A DNA stretch of 64,000 bases from Pseudomonadota bacterium (lineage in GTDB: Bacteria; Bdellovibrionota_C; UBA2361; OMII01): positions 4,526-68,525 of the forward strand of contig JAYPVM010000001.1 of NCBI GenBank assembly GCA_038134595.1, written 5' to 3'. Made by a program: the position numbers and the translations under genes. Below are positions 58,856 through 64,000 of this stretch, piece after piece (the stretch's first letter is position 1; each line of letters starts with the position of its first letter). The notes beneath the pieces were generated by a model. The model was given only the letters and a program-made list of their open reading frames with translations, ran no database searches and was not told the DNA's origin.

Positions 58856-59146
58856 TACTCGAGTATACAACTGGTAGCAATCTTACTCCACATCACCCCA
58901 AGACTATCCATATACCTGAAATTAATTGCTATTTTCTAAACATATCATCTATGCTGCCAGTCTCCTAAGCAGCTCTCTTGGAACCCTTTACCTCGGGCAC
59001 CCATCTTCAAGCTTGTGAAAAACCTGCAAATAACTTGATTTAAGGACTATCGTGACGGAGATTTCTACTACGAAATAACCACAGACCCCTTGCATTCGTC
59101 TTTAGAAACAGTCCTCGGCTACTGCGCGACTACCTTGTTTAGTCTC

Positions 59147-61726
59147 CTAACACCAATACGGTGAGGCATCCCCGTTAGAATCAAGCAATTCCAAGTGTTT
59201 TAGCAAGTCACTTATCGCAGGAGAATTTATAAATTCGATAAGGGCACTTTGGTCGCCATGGAGCAATGTATTAAAAACCAATCCCTGAAACTCCTCGGCA
59301 ATATCCTCATGAGCAATAGAATCTGGCAAGAATGTTTGACTTCGGGGATGATCAAAAACTCTCCGAAACACTCGCGCCATCTCCAAGCGAGCCTCTCTAA
59401 CAGTATCTGATGGAGTTAACAGAAAGCCTCCCAACAATACCGATATCCCGCTCCGACATTCCTGCTCGGACGCTTCAGGTAAATCTTTTACGAGAAAGCT
59501 CTTTGAATATTCAAGTAAAGCATCAAAAACCAAGGAGCGCAGGCCAGAATGAACTTGAAGCTCTTCCCGTCTAATCGCATCAAAAAACTGACTTAAGAAC
59601 TCCCTTCTTGCCGGGCTTTCAGGATCTCCGATTAATCCATCAGACCACAACTTCAATCGCTTCGCATACCACGGCTGACTTAATGCCGATACGTCATTGC
59701 CGCCCATTCCATGTTGCGCGCGCAGAACTCCGTAGCCAGACAGTGTACAGGCTTCAAGATATTTCATTATCGGTACCGGAAGCGAGTCCTTCACGTGGCC
59801 TGGGCTTGCATCATAAATCATCTCGGCAGCAACACTAGCCTCGAATTCCGACTGAACATCGTGCAGAGAAGTTCCTTCTACCTTTACAAGCGAGAGAGCA
59901 TCATCTAACTGTTTGTTCGTAGACGCTATAAAATCGCTCGCATATGAGGCGACATCTAACCTTGAGCGTCGAAATACCAAGCCAAGGCAATGAGCCTGTG
60001 CTAGCTCATGTTTTTGCATAGTAGAGAGCAGTCGACCAGCCTCCCTTGCTCCAGCATATGAAGGAGGAAGGATCTCGTCGTCTTGACTTGGCTTGCCCAC
60101 ACGCCTCTTTATGAAAGTATCAGCATGAAACAGTGCATCAAAAACATGTGCCACCCCGAGAACAAACTTTCCCTCTATCGCTGTTTCCTGCGTAGGACGA
60201 ATAAGCACGGAAATCCCAGCACTATATGACCTTAAGGTCTCCTCGAGTTCCTCTCTCTTTATCATATCATATGATTCAAGTTCTCGAGGAATTCTTCTAG
60301 CCAGCTTTTTCGAGGCTTCCAAAAATCCATCTGCAATAATTGATTGATTGCCAGCGATATAATCATCAACTGGATAGCGACAGATATCGGAACACTCACA
60401 TACGTCTTCAGGAAAAAACAATCTTAGGTTTAGAGCGCTCTGTAGATCTCCATTTGCTATAAACTTATCAAATAACGGCAGTAGGGTCCTATCGGCAAAA
60501 GACTTTCCTGACCTGTTAGTAGATAAGTACTCATCTAAAAAGATTCCACTGCGTTCGGCTACTTCACAAGCAGTTCGGGTGAAATCTAGTGGAAGACTGG
60601 CACCACTTTCCTTACATCGGAGAGCGGTACATAAAATTTCAAGTGTATCAGCATACGAGCGACCTAAGGCCTTCTGTAAGTATTCCCTAAATCTGGCCTC
60701 ATAATATTCTATTGGATCGACCTTGTAGTCCATTCTCTGCTGTGTAGTTTTTGGCGCAAGCCTGCAAAAAACTGGATCCAGCATAAGATTCTGCTCTTTA
60801 TAGGAAAGATACTGGCAGAATACAGACATACTGTCATAGAGCTCTTGTAGCTCTGTCTCAATCTGCATATCAAATGTCGGCGAGACACTACTCTGGCCTT
60901 GCGCTCCAGCACTCGAGGACAATGCCTTCTGCATCGTCTGCAATCTTTCCCTACTAGCCTTGAGGGCTCCGTCAAAAAATTGCACCGCTGACTCTATTGG
61001 AATCCCCCACGAAAGGTCTTCTCTTACTTCGTCCGAGCAAGCCTTCCACAATGAAGGTGGTAAAAAATAACCTTCTGTAGTGAGGTCCTGAGCAGTCTCA
61101 AGGAGCTTATGCTTATCTGCACTCATTTCCGCAGTAGTTGTATCTGCAATAGAAATCAGGGGATCTGTAAACCCCAATGCTTCCTGATACGCATGCGGTG
61201 ACGCGCTAAATAGCGGGTCTCGATAGCCCCAAATAACAGAGCGACTGGCTAACATCTGCCACTCATTGAGTGCTTCTTTGTTCATTTTCTGACAAAGATT
61301 GCGGGCCACCGGTTGCAGCCTTTCAGCATATTGGCCCCCTTGAAATCGGTGAAACAGAAGTGGGGCTAGAAGAGTCGGCGCCAAATGCTCGGCCACAACA
61401 CTATTACTCAGCATCGCATCAATAAAATTGCCGTGCCTACATATGAAAACATCAAGATCCTCGACGTCATATGAAGACTTCTCTAATTCTGGTGCATTGA
61501 GCGCTAGCCCGATGAGCTTTCGAAGCGGCGTATCCTCGGCCCTCTGCTCGATTTGGTGTGCTGGAGCTGGAATCCGAACAAGAGCCTTCATGAGATCGGC
61601 AAAAGGAGCACTAGCACCCGTGATAGAAGTAGCTACTTGATAAATATCACTTAGGTACTCTAACACCACAGCTTGGGTATCGCGCGTTGCGCGTGGAGAC
61701 TTTTTACGGGACTGCTCGGGATTCAT
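59147..61726 (-). CDS. Large hypothetical protein (859 aa), orphan
   Basis: Long ORF with no recognisable motif. Confidence 0.5.
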   Translation of the reverse strand: MNPEQSRKKSPRATRDTQAVVLEYLSDIYQVATSITGASAPFADLMKALVRIPAPAHQIEQRAEDTPLRKLIGLALNAPELEKSSYDVEDLDVFICRHGNFIDAMLSNSVVAEHLAPTLLAPLLFHRFQGGQYAERLQPVARNLCQKMNKEALNEWQMLASRSVIWGYRDPLFSASPHAYQEALGFTDPLISIADTTTAEMSADKHKLLETAQDLTTEGYFLPPSLWKACSDEVREDLSWGIPIESAVQFFDGALKASRERLQTMQKALSSSAGAQGQSSVSPTFDMQIETELQELYDSMSVFCQYLSYKEQNLMLDPVFCRLAPKTTQQRMDYKVDPIEYYEARFREYLQKALGRSYADTLEILCTALRCKESGASLPLDFTRTACEVAERSGIFLDEYLSTNRSGKSFADRTLLPLFDKFIANGDLQSALNLRLFFPEDVCECSDICRYPVDDYIAGNQSIIADGFLEASKKLARRIPRELESYDMIKREELEETLRSYSAGISVLIRPTQETAIEGKFVLGVAHVFDALFHADTFIKRRVGKPSQDDEILPPSYAGAREAGRLLSTMQKHELAQAHCLGLVFRRSRLDVASYASDFIASTNKQLDDALSLVKVEGTSLHDVQSEFEASVAAEMIYDASPGHVKDSLPVPIMKYLEACTLSGYGVLRAQHGMGGNDVSALSQPWYAKRLKLWSDGLIGDPESPARREFLSQFFDAIRREELQVHSGLRSLVFDALLEYSKSFLVKDLPEASEQECRSGISVLLGGFLLTPSDTVREARLEMARVFRRVFDHPRSQTFLPDSIAHEDIAEEFQGLVFNTLLHGDQSALIEFINSPAISDLLKHLELLDSNGDASPYWC

Positions 61727-61969
61727 TGCTATCGATTACCTGTCCAAGATCACATACTTGCCTATAAAAACCATTCTCTCAATACCCCGTCTACAAAATG
61801 GGCAAGGTCACGGTGGCGCACTCCCCGAAGTTGATTGGTTGACGAATTTGTCTACCATACCGCCACTCAATTATCGACCACTTACTATACTTTTGAGCAA
61901 ACAAAGCTAAAAAACAGATAAGAACATGTAGCAATCTGATCGCATATGAGCCAATTTAATGAGCTGGCT

Positions 61970-62824
61970 CTACCGTCCCGCAAAGTCAGTCATGATAGTG
62001 TCCGTTCCACGAGTACGAAAGTAGTGCCTAGTGGTTTTTCTATCTAACCTGGAACCAGCTAGATTTATTGAAACCAACACGCCGTGCTCATGCGCAAGTC
62101 TAATAGCATCTGCACTTATCCAGCGCTCCAATTCAACTCCCCAAACGCCAGTTACCAGCGCCTGTCTAAGCTGTGTCATCGAACGACATCGCGCAACAAC
62201 TCTTACCGCTCTCGCAGGCTTCGCCAGTCGAATCATCCGTTGGACATCTTTTAATTGAATTACCACATTATCAAATGCCCGCATCTTGGTAATAACGCGC
62301 AAGACATCCTGCAACAATGAGTCTGACTCTCCCTTTAAATCAAGCTGTAAAGAACTATCAGTTCCTTTAACAAGAGCCAAAGCATCCTGTAGAGTCGGTA
62401 TACCGATTGTCCCCTCTCGGTTTAAAAAAACCTTCGCCCGTTCAGTAGCAGAAAGCGTTTCTATCCTCCTACCTCGGAAGATGCGGGGAGTAAATGAATT
62501 TTGAAAAGATACGGTGCTATCGTGAAACAGAAACAGATCTCCTTCTGCACTCCTTCGAACATCTACCTCAAGAAAACGCACACCGGCATCAACTGCTTCT
62601 TGCAACGCTGGTAGAGAATTATCTGGCAATCCCCTGTGAAGATTCCCCCTGTGTGCCACTTCAAATGAGTCCAACGAAGCCTGCTCCAGCAACGGAGGGA
62701 CATCAAGCATCGAAACTCTTGGACAACATCCAAGCAAAACGACATAAAACCAGATACATGCTATGGAAAACACTCTTTTCTTCACAATGCGCCTCAAATG
62801 AAACATTACACAGCAAGCTCCCAC
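61970..62824 (-). CDS. Glycerophosphodiester phosphodiesterase family protein
   Basis: GDPD motifs FEVAHRG, FLEVDVRRSAEGDLFLFHD. N-terminal signal/TM. Confidence 0.7.
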   Translation of the reverse strand: MGACCVMFHLRRIVKKRVFSIACIWFYVVLLGCCPRVSMLDVPPLLEQASLDSFEVAHRGNLHRGLPDNSLPALQEAVDAGVRFLEVDVRRSAEGDLFLFHDSTVSFQNSFTPRIFRGRRIETLSATERAKVFLNREGTIGIPTLQDALALVKGTDSSLQLDLKGESDSLLQDVLRVITKMRAFDNVVIQLKDVQRMIRLAKPARAVRVVARCRSMTQLRQALVTGVWGVELERWISADAIRLAHEHGVLVSINLAGSRLDRKTTRHYFRTRGTDTIMTDFAGR

Positions 62825-62930
62825 ACCACCCCAAGCCCCAACACGGACCTGATTTTGGTTTCTAGCACAAGATGTTTCGCAAGTTTCTATTTATAATAAC
62901 AAGCTAATGGCTGCTCAAACAGCATCAAAG

Positions 62931-63404
62931 TCAGAGAGCGCTCCTCGTCCATGCAGTCGAAAGAGCATCTGCATATTCATTCCACAACCATCCATTATGC
63001 GCCTTTATCCACTGAAGCTTTACCCCAGGTTTGGCCTTGTGCAGTGCATATAACTCTTGAACGAGCTCAAGATTAGCTATCGGACCCGAGCTACGTCTCC
63101 ACCCTCTTCGCTCCCATGAAGGTGCCCATTCATTGATTGTTTTTACACAAAGCTGACTATCGGAATGAATCGTGACAGTAGCGTCGGCTGGCAGCATCGT
63201 AAACGCTTTGATGAGCGCAGTAAGCTCCATTCTGTTATTCGTTGTATCGGCATCGTATCCATGGTCTTGTCCCTGTATGTCGCCATCAACGACGTATACA
63301 TATCCCCATCCACCTGGACCGGGATTAGGCTGACAACCCCCATCAGTAAAAACTCCTGACTGGGGACCTTCGGAATACGCCTGCAATACCTCTTCAAGAG
63401 TCAT
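62931..63404 (-). CDS. rnhA: Ribonuclease HI
   Basis: VFTDGGCQPNPGPGGWGYV and TNNRMEL match the DEDD catalytic motifs of RNase H. Confidence 0.9.
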   Translation of the reverse strand: MTLEEVLQAYSEGPQSGVFTDGGCQPNPGPGGWGYVYVVDGDIQGQDHGYDADTTNNRMELTALIKAFTMLPADATVTIHSDSQLCVKTINEWAPSWERRGWRRSSGPIANLELVQELYALHKAKPGVKLQWIKAHNGWLWNEYADALSTAWTRSAL

Positions 63405-63425
63405 AAAAAATACTTCCTGATACTA

Positions 63426-63998
63426 CTAGGCGACTTTCTTTCGCAAGCGATTCATAAGGCCGGAGAACTCCTCTTTTCTGATTATCCCTGAGAATTCATT
63501 GCGATAGTTTGCAACCAGACCGATATTCTCAATTACCACGTCGTACACCTGCCAAACGTTATCTTTGAGAGCCATTTTATAGTTTATGGGAAACTTATCA
63601 CCCTTACTGAAGACTACCGTCTTCACAATTGCACGCGGAATTCTCACTTGCTCGCCCTTTACCTTAACCATACCGGGCTTTACCGTTTCGATTTTTGAAA
63701 GATATGTCCGGGCAAGTAGCTCTGAAAAAACTTCCGTAAATTCATTTTGCTGTTCAGACGTAATCGCTTTCCAATTAGGACCAAGTGAGCGCTTTGCCAT
63801 TTCAGCGAAATCAAACCTTGGATTAATGAGCTCTCGTAACTTCGTCCTCCGAATCTCACGCTGTTCGTCTGCACTATAGGTATTAGCTATCTCAATAATA
63901 GAATCAACCGTCTTTTCCATTTCAGCGCTCGGCGAGGGCGTGCTTCCAGCAGGCTTTGCGTACGCCCCTGACACAGCGCACAGAAGCGTTATTCCCAT
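63426..63998 (-). CDS. mlaC: MlaC/Ttg2D-family periplasmic phospholipid-binding protein (N-terminus may extend beyond the window)
   Basis: Signal peptide, then MlaC-like segments (INPRFDFAEMAKRSLGPNWKAIT...FTEVFSELLARTY). The ORF abuts the window edge. Confidence 0.7.
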   Translation of the reverse strand: MGITLLCAVSGAYAKPAGSTPSPSAEMEKTVDSIIEIANTYSADEQREIRRTKLRELINPRFDFAEMAKRSLGPNWKAITSEQQNEFTEVFSELLARTYLSKIETVKPGMVKVKGEQVRIPRAIVKTVVFSKGDKFPINYKMALKDNVWQVYDVVIENIGLVANYRNEFSGIIRKEEFSGLMNRLRKKVA

Positions 63999-64000
63999 AA

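Noticed and set aside
58958-59150. Direct repeat of AGTCTCCTAA at the stop codon of the 859-aa gene and about 90 bp upstream of the RAP-like gene.
   Set aside because: A single 10-bp coincidence. On the coding strand it contains AGGAGA but is not correctly spaced from a plausible start codon.
1-64000. Search for CRISPR arrays, IS elements or transposases, integrases, phage genes, rRNA and tRNA.
   Set aside because: No direct-repeat arrays and no transposase, integrase or phage-like translations in any frame. The intergenic gaps are short and I recognised no tRNA-like T-loop sequences. The window looks like stable chromosomal backbone.

Overview
This is a gene-dense, roughly 50% GC bacterial chromosomal window. 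I called about 55 coding sequences and found no rRNA, tRNA, CRISPR array, transposase or integrase. Most of it is core metabolism and housekeeping. Sulfur: a Cys/Met PLP enzyme, cysD plus a cysN-cysC fusion, and cysK followed by a TauE-type exporter. Amino-acid and nitrogen metabolism: phhA-phhB with an adjacent threonine-dehydratase-like gene, a Glu/Leu/Phe/Val dehydrogenase, and an agmatinase, arginine decarboxylase and deoxyhypusine-synthase-like operon. DNA/RNA housekeeping: topA, mnmG, a MutY-like glycosylase, rnhA and an RluA-type pseudouridine synthase. Also present are trxB, a biotin-carboxylase homolog, envelope genes (a GT-C glycosyltransferase, a sulfatase-like lipoprotein, a lytic transglycosylase, an M15 peptidase, MlaC) and several large lineage-specific hypothetical proteins. 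The strongest candidate for an undescribed system is a tight four-gene plus-strand operon at 53034-57700. It joins methylmalonate/malonate-semialdehyde dehydrogenase to a GTP-cyclohydrolase-II-like protein with an N-terminal extension, a roughly 400-aa unknown protein and uracil phosphoribosyltransferase. That is the fungal URC1 / URC4 / URC6 (S. pombe urg1 / urg3 / urg2) uracil-catabolism gene set arranged as a bacterial operon. Other items worth a second look are: a protein with a C-terminal RAP/DUF559-like nuclease-fold domain beside an 859-aa orphan protein; a MoxR AAA+ and vWA pair followed by a truncated hemoglobin; an orphan merP/merT-like pair beside a small outer-membrane protein; a tandem YbjQ-YbjQ-M48 peptidase operon; a MutY-like glycosylase lacking the Fe-S cysteines; and a topoisomerase I with a histone-H1-like lysine-rich tail. 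All calls come from reading the ORF translations and the DNA by eye; no database searches were run.
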